Assembly: GCA_965112735.1 (NCBI GenBank)
Contig: OZ218950.1
Location: 7,006,001 to 7,070,000 of the forward strand
Length of the DNA stretch: 64,000 bases
Source of the DNA: Phaeosaccion multiseriatum
Lineage: Eukaryota; Protista; Ochrophyta, other classes
Direction: 5' to 3'
A program made the position numbers and the translations under genes. Of the stretch, positions 55,396-64,000 are shown piece after piece (position 1 is the stretch's first letter; every line of letters starts with the position of its first letter). The notes under the pieces are model-generated. The model ran no database searches and was not told the DNA's origin. It worked only from the letters and a program-made list of their open reading frames with translations.

Positions 55396-55476
55396 GTGTG
55401 TCGGGCTCCATCTGGTCCATCTGGGTTCTCCGCCTATACGCGGACGACCTCATGGACCAGATGGAGCCCTACACAT
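55396..55476. other. 81-nt inverted repeat/hairpin (pre-miRNA-like or TE-derived)
   Basis: GGGCTCCATCTGGTCCAT (55403-55420) is the exact reverse complement of 55452-55469; pairing extends outward and inward (TCCGC/GCGGA around a 6-nt loop). Confidence 0.7.
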
Positions 55477-55489
55477 ACACAATGATACG

Positions 55490-55625
55490 ACCACCAAACA
55501 GTATTCGCACCAAGGCGGACTCTGCATTGGCCACGGAGCTGTGGTAGTGGCCAAGAGATGTACTGTTGAGGGATGTAACAAGTGTGTTAGAGCGTATGGC
55601 CTCGGTATTGGCGCTCTTGAGGTGA
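55490..55625 (+). pseudogene. Fragment of a WRKY19-like C-x4-C..C-x2-H zinc-finger repeat
   Basis: Translates QGGLCIGHGAVVVAKRCTVEGCNKCVRAYGL; the second CxxH is lost; no full gene context. Confidence 0.5.
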
Positions 55626-55789
55626 GTGGTAACTATGGAAAGACGCGTGTGGGGTGGATGGCAATGGAAGGTGATACGGAGTAGGAGAGGAGAGGAGGTC
55701 GATAGTGGGAGAAGGAGAAGGAAAGGATAAAGGGGGGTGGGAAGGGAGTGAAGTGGACCGTAGAGTATGGATAAGCTAGACTAGTGTGG

Positions 55790-56570
55790 ATGGTGTGGTG
55801 GGCGGATGGTTGACTAGCTGTTGCTACTATGTTGTGCGCTGGTGTCATTTGTGTCTTCTGTCGTGCCTACTCCCACTCCTGGAGGCCCTCAGGCCAACGG
55901 TCCGTCGATGCTCCCATGAGGCCCCAGTCGAGGGTTTCCGCTGCCTCATCCGGCGTCATGGTGGCAGCAGCACCGATCATCGCACCACTCCATAGTTGGT
56001 GCGATGAAGGGGGGTCTGCGTCTGATGTGCAGTGCAGATACAGCATGCGGTGCTGGGGGGGCGGTAGGTTCCGCCTCATTTGCTGTGGCCTTCGCTGGGT
56101 GGACGAGTGTGTTGATGTCGAGGTCCAGGATCATCTGGATGCGTTGTTGACGGCTGTAGGCTCCGTCTTTGGAGAAGATGATTGCGGGTAGTAGATGCTG
56201 GAATACGTCCCATGCTAGAAAGGTGTTGAGGGCGGCCTCCGTGGGACAGATTGCGCCTGGCTGCTCCCTGTCCCTTCCAGTAGTTTGTTCTCCGGTACGT
56301 CAGGAGCACGTCGTTTCCTGCCTCGGGGTGCTCTTGCAGTTGAGCTCTGGCGTGCTCCCTGGCCTCTGCTCGGCTGCTGTGATCTCCTCTAGGCTCTCTT
56401 CGATGTGCACTTGCTGGATGCGTTGGAAGGTCTCGTGTGTAGGGGGGAGGTGGCCGTCTCTACCCTTGGTGCTGAGCCTCGCCGCTGCCTTATGCAGGCT
56501 TCCCGGTTTCGTGAGCAGGTGGGCGCAAGTTTCTCTCTTTCGCTTCTCCGTCTGTGCCGCTGCTGTGGGA
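55790..56570 (-). mobile_element. Heavily degenerate non-LTR retrotransposon relic (CRE/RLE-type)
   Basis: Minus-strand LLTKPGSLHKAAARLSTKG..PPTHETFQRIQQVH resembles the segment before the RT of CRE-clade elements; ILDLDINTLVHP resembles an RLE core. Frameshifts and stops are present and no RT core is visible. Confidence 0.4.
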
Positions 56571-57763
56571 GAAGGAGGAGATGGCCTAATGTATGCCTGT
56601 GCCGAAGAAGCGAGGAGCTACGACTGACATCAATAGGAGAACAAGAAAGAGGGCCAAAGTCCCCCCTTCAAATTGAGGGGGAGGAGAGACAGGGGGAAAG
56701 GATGGAAGCAAGGGAGGAGGATGAGAATGGTGTAGGTTTGCTTACGGGGCTGGGGCTCCACGTCAGGGATGAGATTCAGCTGCCCTGTGGTCTATGGAGA
56801 GAGCTGGACAGACGCCGCTGGTGATACTGCTACGGCCTTCAAAGGCCGTCGGGACAGGGAGCTATCAAATGGCGTGGTGGTAGCTGTGGGCCGAGTATGG
56901 TGTTGCTTGCTGCCCCACTGCGCTGTGCGCACAAAGCGGAAGGGGGCGCTGCGAGCGTGCGTACGAGTGGAGGACCCAGGCTCGGCTGGTGTGGGTATCT
57001 CGGGCCTTGAGGTTTAGTGACCCGATACACGCAGGAGCATGTAGATCAAGTGTGAAGGAGAGGCAGCATGAGATGCGAATCACGCGTGGCCAGCTCTAAC
57101 CGGCTCAATTCGTGTGTACGTACCAGCCTTGATCGCTCTCCGCCGGTGTATTTGACGTGAGACGTCCCCTCAGCAACAGGAAACCATCGCACATACACAG
57201 CTCACAGAAGGCGCCAGCAGAAGGGGTGAGGATTTTGTGAGTGGACCTCTCTGACTCAATGAGCTCGCGTCGACCAAACCGCTGGAGGAACATGAGCGAT
57301 TGGTTGGGCGATGCATGAATGGTGTACACGGCACGACTGGCCCTCAGCGAGGCAAGTGGCTGGGTATGTTGGACTTCGGCTCGGTGCGGAGAGGCAGGAA
57401 GGTGCAAGTAGGGGGGAGTTAGGGACCACACTAGACCTAACGCCTGTGCAGCAACTCCAGCATAGCACAGCGAACCGGCGACGAGCGGTGGGCACCAGCA
57501 GAGATGCCAAGAGACGAAGAGCGGCACAGTGCCACTGCGCTCTCATTGTTGCGCAACTGCCTCAACACCGAGCAGCGAGGGCTTCAGAGGTCGCTTGGCC
57601 ATGCGCTAAACCAACAACCAACATACCCTCTTTTCCAATGGTTTTAATTTTGATTAAAAAAAAAGTAATCGCGACAATCTCTCTTTCTATGTACAAAGGT
57701 ATGTTCAGAAGGTTGAAGGTAGAAAAACTCGGGCCTCGAAGGTTGCTGAAAACTCTAACTCAG

Positions 57764-60700
57764 TCACCCCGAGCCTGTCGACCTCCGATGCATCAGCGTC
57801 CCTCCCCGGGGGGACAACGCACTGCTGCGCCTGTGTTGCGTGCCAGAAGGGCTCTGCGGTCTACCAGTCACACCACCCCCTCCCCCTCCTCGACCTCCTC
57901 CTCCTCCTCCTCCTCCTCCCCCAAGAGGCTTGACCAGATCGGGCTCCACCATTCGCTCCTTCTCGCCATCGTCATAGTCGATGTCGCAGGTGCCATCTCT
58001 GTGAATGCGAGCAATACGGCCCTTGTAGAAGCGTCCCTTGCCTCGGTAGTTGCATTCAACCTTCATGCCCTCCTCCAGCTGGCCTCCTCCTCCTCCTCCT
58101 CCCCCGAGAGGCTTGACCAGATCGGGCTCCACCATTCGCTCCTTCTCGCCATCGTCATAGTCGATGTCACAGGTGCCATCTCTGTGAATGCGAGCAATGC
58201 GGCCCTTGTAGAAGCGACCCTTGCCTCGGTAGTTGCACTCGACCTTCATGCCCTCCTCCAGCTTGCCTCCTCCTCCTCCTCCTCCTCCGCCCCCGAGGGG
58301 CTTGACCAGATCGGGCTCCACCATTCGCTCCTTCTCGCCATCGTCATAGTCGATGTCGCAAGTGCCGTTTCTGTGAATGCGAGCAATGCGGCCCTTGTAG
58401 AAGCGACCCTTGCCTCGGTAGTTGCACTCGACCTTCATGCCCTCCTCCAGCTTGCCTCCTCCTCCTCCTCCGCCGCCGCCGAGAGGCCTGACCAGATCGG
58501 GCTCCACCATTCGCTCCTTCTCGCCATCGTCATAGTCGATGTCGCAGGTGCCATCTCTGTGAATGCGAGCAATGCGGCCCTTGTAGAAGCGTCCCTTGCC
58601 TCGGTAGTTGCACTCGACCTTCATGCCCTCCTCCAGCTTTCCTCCTCCTCCTCCTCCTCCTCCGCCCCCGAGAGGCTTGACCAGATCGGGCTCCACCATT
58701 CGCTCCTTCTCGCCATCGTCATAGTCGATGTCGCAAGTGCCGTTTCTGTGAATGCGAGCAATACGGCCCTTGTAGAAGCGTCCCTTGCCTCGGTAGTTGC
58801 ACTCGACCTTCATGCCCTCCTCCAGCTTGCCTCCTCCTCCTCCTCCTCCTCCTCCTCCTCCACCCCCGAGAGGCTTGACCAGATCGGGCTCCACCATTCG
58901 CTCCTTCTCGCCATCGTCATAGTCGATGTCGCAAGTGCCATCTCTGTGAATGCGAGCAATACGGCCCTTGTAGAAGCGTCCCTTGCCTCGGTAGTTGCAT
59001 TCAACCTTCATGCCCTCCTCCAGCCTTCCTCCTCCTCCTCCTCCTCCTCCTCCTCCTCCTCCTCCTCCTCCCCCGAGAGGCTTGACCAGATCGGGCTCCA
59101 CCATTCGCTCCTTCTCGCCATCGTCATAGTCGATGTCGCAGGTGCCATCTCTGTGAATGCGAGCAATGCGGCCCTTGTAGAAGCGTCCCTTGCCTCGGTA
59201 GTTGCACTCGACCTTCATGCCCTCCTCCAGCTGGCCTCCTCCTCCTCCTCCTCCTCCTCCTCCACCACCACCACCCCCGAGAGGCTTGACCAGATCGGGC
59301 TCCACCATTCGCTCCTTCTCGCCATCGTCATAGTCGATGTCACAGGTGCCATCTCTGTGAATGCGAGCAATACGGCCCTTGTAGAAGCGTCCCTTGCCTC
59401 GGTAGTTGCATTCAACCTTCATGCCCTCCTCCAGCTTGCCTCCGCCTCCGCCGCCTCGTCCTCCTCCCCCGAGAGGCTTGACCAGATCGGGCTCCACCAT
59501 TCGCTCCTTCTCGCCATCGTCATAGTCGATGTCACAGGTGCCATCTCTGTGAATGCGAGCAATGCGGCCCTTGTAGAAGCGTCCCTTGCCTCGGTAGTTG
59601 CACTCGACCTTCATGCCCTCCTCCAGCTTTCCTCCTCCTCCTCCTCCTCCTCCTCCCCCGAGAGGCTTGACCAGATCGGGCTCCACCATTCGCTCCTTCT
59701 CGCCATCGTCATAGTCGATGTCGCAGGTGCCATCTCTGTGAATGCGAGCAATACGGCCCTTGTAGAAGCGTCCCTTCCCTCGGTAGTTGCACTCGACCTT
59801 CATGCCCTCCTCCAGCTTTCCTCCTCCTCCTCCTCCTCCTCCTCCTCCTCCCCCGAGAGGCTTGACCAGATCGGGCTCCACCATTCGCTCCTTCTCGCCA
59901 TCGTCATAGTCGATGTCGCAAGTGCCGTTTCTGTGAATGCGAGCAATACGGCCCTTGTAGAAGCGTCCCTTGCCTCGGTAGTTGCACTCGACCTTCATGC
60001 CCTCCTCCAGCTTGCCTCCTCCTCCTCCTCCTCCTCCGCCCCCGAGGGGCTTGACCAGATCGGGCTCCACCATTCGCTCCTTCTCGCCATCGTCATAGTC
60101 GATGTCGCAAGTGCCGTTTCTGTGAATGCGAGCAATACGGCCCTTGTAGAAGCGTCCCTTGCCTCGGTAGTTGCACTCGACCTTCATGCCCTCCTCCAGC
60201 TTTCCTCCTCCTCCTCCTCCTCCTCCGCCGCCGAGAGGCTTGACCAGATCGGGCTCCACCATTCGCTCCTTCTCGCCATCGTCATAGTCGATGTCGCAAG
60301 TGCCATCTCTGTGAATGCGAGCAATGCGGCCCTTGTAGAAGCGTCCCTTGCCTCGGTAGTTGCACTCGACCTTCATGCCCTCCTCCAGCTGGCCTCCTCC
60401 TCGTCCTCCTCCTCCTCCTCCTCCTCCACCCCCGAGAGGCTTGACCAGATCGGGCTCCACCATTCGCTCCTTCTCGCCATCGTCATAGTCTATGTCGCAG
60501 GTGCCATCTCTGTGAATGCGAGCAATACGGCCCTTGTAGAATCGTCCCTTGCCTCGGTAGTTGCATTCAACCTTCATGCCCTCCTCCAGCTGGCCTCCTC
60601 CTCCGCCGCCTCGTCCTCCTCCCCCGAGAGGCTTGACCAGATCGGGCTCCACCATTCGCTCCTTCTCGCCATCGTCATAGTCGATGTCGCAAGTGCCGTT

Positions 60701-63700
60701 TCTGTGAATGCGAGCAATACGGCCCTTGTAGAAGCGTCCCTTGCCTCGGTAGTTGCACTCGACCTTCATGCCCTCCTCCAGCTTGCCTCCTCGTCCTCCT
60801 CCTCCTCCGCCCCCGAGGGGCTTGACCAGATCGGGCTCCACCATTCGCTCCTTCTCGCCATCGTCAAAGTCGATGTCGCAAGTGCCATCTCTGTGAATGC
60901 GAGCAATACGGCCCTTGTAGAAGCGTCCCTTGCCTCGGTAGTTGCACTCGACCTTCATGCCCTCCTCCAGCTGGCCTCCTCCTCGTCCTCCTCCTCCTCC
61001 TCCTCCTCCTCCTCCACCACCACCACCCCCGAGAGGCTTGACCAGATCGGGCTCCACCATTCGCTCCTTCTCGCCATCGTCATAGTCGATGTCACAGGTG
61101 CCATCTCTGTGAATGCGAGCAATACGGCCCTTGTAGAATCGTCCCTTGCCTCGGTAGTTGCATTCAACCTTCATGCCCTCCTCCAGCTGGCCTCCTCCTC
61201 CGCCGCCTCGTCCTCCACCCCCGAGGGTCTTGACCAGATCGGGCTCCACCATTCGCTCCTTCTCGCCATCGTCATAGTCGATGTCGCAAGTGCCATCTCT
61301 GTGAATGCGAGCAATACGGCCCTTGTAGAAGCGACCCTTGCCTCGGTAGTTGCACTCGACCTTCATGCCCTCCTCCAGCTGGCCTCCTCCTCCTCCTCCT
61401 CCTCCGCCGCCGAGAGGCTTGACCAGATCGGGCTCCACCATTCGCTCCTTCTCGCCATCGTCATAGTCGATGTCGCAAGTGCCGTTTCTGTGAATGCGAG
61501 CAATACGGCCCTTGTAGAATCGTCCCTTGCCTCGGTAGTTGCACTCGACCTTCATGCCCTCCTCCAGCTTGCCTCCGCCTCCGCCGCCTCGTCCTCCTCC
61601 CCCGAGAGGCTTGACCAGATCGGGCTCCACCATTCGCTCCTTCTCGCCATCATCATAGTCGATGTCGCAAGTGCCATCTCTGTGAATGCGAGCAATACGG
61701 CCCTTGTAGAAGCGTCCCTTGCCTCGGTAGTTGCACTCGACCTTCATGCCCTCCTCCAGCTTGCCTCCTCCTCGTCCTCCTCCTCCTCCTCCTCCTCCTC
61801 CTCCTCCACCACCACCACCCCCGAGAGGCTTGACCAGATCGGGCTCCACCATTCGCTCCTTCTCGCCATCGTCATAGTCGATGTCACAGGTGCCATCTCT
61901 GTGAATGCGAGCAATACGGCCCTTGTAGAAGCGTCCCTTGCCTCGGTAGTTGCATTCAACCTTCATGCCCTCCTCCAGCTTGCCTCCGCCTCCGCCGCCT
62001 CGTCCTCCTCCCCCGAGAGGCTTGACCAGATCGGGCTCCACCATTCGCTCCTTCTCGCCATCGTCATAGTCGATGTCACAGGTGCCATCTCTGTGAATGC
62101 GAGCAATACGGCCCTTGTAGAAGCGTCCCTTGCCTCGGTAGTTGCACTCGACCTTCATGCCCTCCTCCAGCTTGCCTCCTCCTCGTCCTCCTCCGCCTCC
62201 TCCTCCTCCTCCCCCGAGAGGCTTGACCAGATCGGGCTCCACCATTCGCTCCTTCTCGCCATCGTCATAGTCGATGTCGCAGGTGCCATCTCTGTGAATG
62301 CGAGCAATGCGGCCCTTGTAGAAGCGTCCCTTGCCTCGGTAGTTGCATTCAACCTTCATGCCCTCCTCCAGCTTGCCTCCGCCTCCGCCGCCTCCTCCTC
62401 CTCCCCCGAGAGGCTTGACCAGATCGGGCTCCACCATTCGCTCCTTCTCGCCATCGTCATAGTCGATGTCGCAGGTGCCATCTCTGTGAATGCGAGCAAT
62501 ACGGCCCTTGTAGAAGCGTCCCTTGCCTCGGTAGTTGCACTCGACCTTCATGCCCTCCTCCAGCCTTCCTCCTCCTCCTCCTCCTCCTCCTCCTCCTCCT
62601 CCTCCACCCCCGAGAGGCTTGACCAGATCGGGCTCCACCATTCGCTCCTTCTCGCCATCGTCATAGTCGATGTCGCAAGTGCCATCTCTGTGAATGCGAG
62701 CAATACGGCCCTTGTAGAAGCGACCCTTGCCTCGGTAGTTGCACTCGACCTTCATGCCCTCCTCCAGCTGGCCTCCTCCTCCTCCTCCTCCTCCGCCGCC
62801 GAGAGGCTTGACCAGATCGGGCTCCACCATTCGCTCCTTCTCGCCATCGTCATAGTCGATGTCGCAAGTGCCGTTTCTGTGAATGCGAGCAATACGGCCC
62901 TTGTAGAATCGTCCCTTGCCTCGGTAGTTGCATTCAACCTTCATGCCCTCCTCCAGCTTGCCTCCGCCTCCGCCGCCTCGTCCTCCTCCCCCGAGAGGCT
63001 TGACCAGATCGGGCTCCACCATTCGCTCCTTCTCGCCATCGTCATAGTCGATGTCGCAGGTGCCATCTCTGTGAATGCGAGCAATGCGGCCCTTGTAGAA
63101 GCGTCCCTTCCCTCGGTAGTTGCACTCGACCTTCATGCCCTCCTCCAGCTTGCCTCCTCCTCGTCCTCCTCCGCCTCCTCCTCCTCCTCCCCCGAGAGGC
63201 TTGACCAGATCGGGCTCCACCATTCGCTCCTTCTCGCCATCGTCATAGTCGATGTCGCAGGTGCCATCTCTGTGAATGCGAGCAATGCGGCCCTTGTAGA
63301 AGCGTCCCTTGCCTCGGTAGTTGCACTCGACCTTCATGCCCTCCTCCAGCTTTCCTCCTCCTCCTCCTCCTCCTCCGCCGCCGAGGGGCTTGACCAGATC
63401 GGGCTCCACCATTCGCTCCTTCTCGCCATCGTCATAGTCGATGTCGCAAGTGCCGTTTCTGTGAATGCGAGCAATACGGCCCTTGTAGAAGCGTCCCTTG
63501 CCTCGGTAGTTGCACTCGACCTTCATGCCCTCCTCCAGCTTTCCTCCTCCTCCTCCTCCTCCTCCGCCGCCGAGAGGCTTGACCAGATCGGGCTCCACCA
63601 TTCGCTCCTTCTCGCCATCGTCATAGTCGATGTCACAGGTGCCATCTCTGTGAATGCGAGCAATGCGGCCCTTGTAGAAGCGACCCTTGCCTCGGTAGTT

Positions 63701-64000
63701 GCACTCGACCTTCATGCCCTCCTCCAGCTTTCCTCCTCCTCCTCCTCCTCCTCCGCCCCCGAGAGGCTTGACCAGATCGGGCTCCACCATTCGCTCCTTC
63801 TCGCCATCGTCATAGTCGATGTCGCAAGTGCCATCTCTGTGAATGCGAGCAATACGGCCCTTGTAGAATCGTCCCTTGCCTCGGTAGTTGCATTCAACCT
63901 TCATGCCCTCCTCCAGCTTGCCTCCGCCTCCGCCGCCTCCTCCTCCTCCCCCGAGAGGCTTGACCAGATCGGGCTCCACCATTCGCTCCTTCTCGCCATC
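57764..64000 (-). CDS. C-terminal part of a giant tandem Tudor-like-domain protein: 31 complete 53-aa domains plus a partial one, poly-Gly/RGG linkers; 5' end outside the window
   Basis: Open frame of more than 6.2 kb; unit KLEEGMKVECNYRGKGRFYKGRIARIHRDGTCDIDYDDGEKERMVEPDLVKPL fits the Tudor pattern (G.KV....Y.G.I......DIDYDDG.E); most differences between copies are synonymous. Confidence 0.88.
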   Translation of the reverse strand, partial: DGEKERMVEPDLVKPLGGGGGGGGGGGKLEEGMKVECNYRGKGRFYKGRIARIHRDGTCDIDYDDGEKERMVEPDLVKPLGGGGGGGGGGKLEEGMKVECNYRGKGRFYKGRIARIHRDGTCDIDYDDGEKERMVEPDLVKPLGGGGGGGGGGKLEEGMKVECNYRGKGRFYKGRIARIHRNGTCDIDYDDGEKERMVEPDLVKPLGGGGGGGGGGKLEEGMKVECNYRGKGRFYKGRIARIHRDGTCDIDYDDGEKERMVEPDLVKPLGGGGGGGGGGRGGGKLEEGMKVECNYRGKGRFYKGRIARIHRDGTCDIDYDDGEKERMVEPDLVKPLGGGGRGGGGGGKLEEGMKVECNYRGKGRFYKGRIARIHRNGTCDIDYDDGEKERMVEPDLVKPLGGGGGGGGGGQLEEGMKVECNYRGKGRFYKGRIARIHRDGTCDIDYDDGEKERMVEPDLVKPLGGGGGGGGGGGGGGGRLEEGMKVECNYRGKGRFYKGRIARIHRDGTCDIDYDDGEKERMVEPDLVKPLGGGGGGGGGGGKLEEGMKVECNYRGKGRFYKGRIARIHRDGTCDIDYDDGEKERMVEPDLVKPLGGGGGGGGGGRGGGKLEEGMKVECNYRGKGRFYKGRIARIHRDGTCDIDYDDGEKERMVEPDLVKPLGGGGRGGGGGGKLEEGMKVECNYRGKGRFYKGRIARIHRDGTCDIDYDDGEKERMVEPDLVKPLGGGGGGGGGGGGGGGGRGGGKLEEGMKVECNYRGKGRFYKGRIARIHRDGTCDIDYDDGEKERMVEPDLVKPLGGGGRGGGGGGKLEEGMKVECNYRGKGRFYKGRIARIHRNGTCDIDYDDGEKERMVEPDLVKPLGGGGGGGGGGQLEEGMKVECNYRGKGRFYKGRIARIHRDGTCDIDYDDGEKERMVEPDLVKTLGGGGRGGGGGGQLEEGMKVECNYRGKGRFYKGRIARIHRDGTCDIDYDDGEKERMVEPDLVKPLGGGGGGGGGGGGGGGRGGGQLEEGMKVECNYRGKGRFYKGRIARIHRDGTCDIDFDDGEKERMVEPDLVKPLGGGGGGGRGGKLEEGMKVECNYRGKGRFYKGRIARIHRNGTCDIDYDDGEKERMVEPDLVKPLGGGGRGGGGGGQLEEGMKVECNYRGKGRFYKGRIARIHRDGTCDIDYDDGEKERMVEPDLVKPLGGGGGGGGGGRGGGQLEEGMKVECNYRGKGRFYKGRIARIHRDGTCDIDYDDGEKERMVEPDLVKPLGGGGGGGGGGKLEEGMKVECNYRGKGRFYKGRIARIHRNGTCDIDYDDGEKERMVEPDLVKPLGGGGGGGGGGKLEEGMKVECNYRGKGRFYKGRIARIHRNGTCDIDYDDGEKERMVEPDLVKPLGGGGGGGGGGGGKLEEGMKVECNYRGKGRFYKGRIARIHRDGTCDIDYDDGEKERMVEPDLVKPLGGGGGGGGGGKLEEGMKVECNYRGKGRFYKGRIARIHRDGTCDIDYDDGEKERMVEPDLVKPLGGGGRGGGGGGKLEEGMKVECNYRGKGRFYKGRIARIHRDGTCDIDYDDGEKERMVEPDLVKPLGGGGGGGGGGGGGGGQLEEGMKVECNYRGKGRFYKGRIARIHRDGTCDIDYDDGEKERMVEPDLVKPLGGGGGGGGGGGGGGGGRLEEGMKVECNYRGKGRFYKGRIARIHRDGTCDIDYDDGEKERMVEPDLVKPLGGGGGGGGGGGGGKLEEGMKVECNYRGKGRFYKGRIARIHRNGTCDIDYDDGEKERMVEPDLVKPLGGGGGGGGGGKLEEGMKVECNYRGKGRFYKGRIARIHRDGTCDIDYDDGEKERMVEPDLVRPLGGGGGGGGGKLEEGMKVECNYRGKGRFYKGRIARIHRNGTCDIDYDDGEKERMVEPDLVKPLGGGGGGGGGGKLEEGMKVECNYRGKGRFYKGRIARIHRDGTCDIDYDDGEKERMVEPDLVKPLGGGGGGGGQLEEGMKVECNYRGKGRFYKGRIARIHRDGTCDIDYDDGEKERMVEPDLVKPLGGGGGGGGGGRGGGGGGVTGRPQSPSGTQHRRSSALSPRGGTLMHRRSTGSG

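Noticed and set aside
57900-64000. Repeat-spacer pattern resembling a CRISPR array
   Set aside because: Repeats are 159 bp and protein-coding, the spacers are (GGA)n linkers, there are no cas genes and the context is eukaryotic

Overview
This is intron-rich, microsatellite-dense eukaryotic nuclear DNA. The most likely source is a flagellated photosynthetic stramenopile (ochrophyte): it carries IFT38/CLUAP1, a signal peptide followed by an 'A-F' bipartite plastid presequence, and a stramenopile-type tandem Tudor-like repeat. About 13 genes can be modelled by hand from splice sites and reading frame: the 3' part of PP2A B''gamma (PPP2R3C/TON2-like), an NCX Na+/Ca2+ exchanger with two Calx-beta domains, an intronless secreted SNase nuclease with a Zn-binding tail, CLUAP1, an F-box/LRR protein, a KEN-box coiled-coil protein, a weak hypothetical gene, a putatively plastid-targeted double glycosyltransferase with a kinase-like relic, NOL6/Utp22, VPS16, NDUFS6, an uncharacterised membrane protein and a Musashi/DAZAP1-like two-RRM protein. 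The window ends in the 3' part of a giant protein with at least 31 near-identical Tudor-like domains joined by poly-Gly/RGG linkers. Non-coding highlights are a 400-bp MITE with 20-bp TIRs and a 6-bp TSD just upstream of CLUAP1, a 63-bp poly(A)-tailed insertion with an 8-bp TSD, an 81-nt pre-miRNA-like hairpin, a telomere-variant higher-order repeat in a VPS16 intron, a decayed non-LTR relic, and a dispersed 12-mer (TGGTGATACAGC) that recurs in exons in different frames and strands as well as in introns and UTRs. All family assignments come from recognising motifs by eye; no database search was run.
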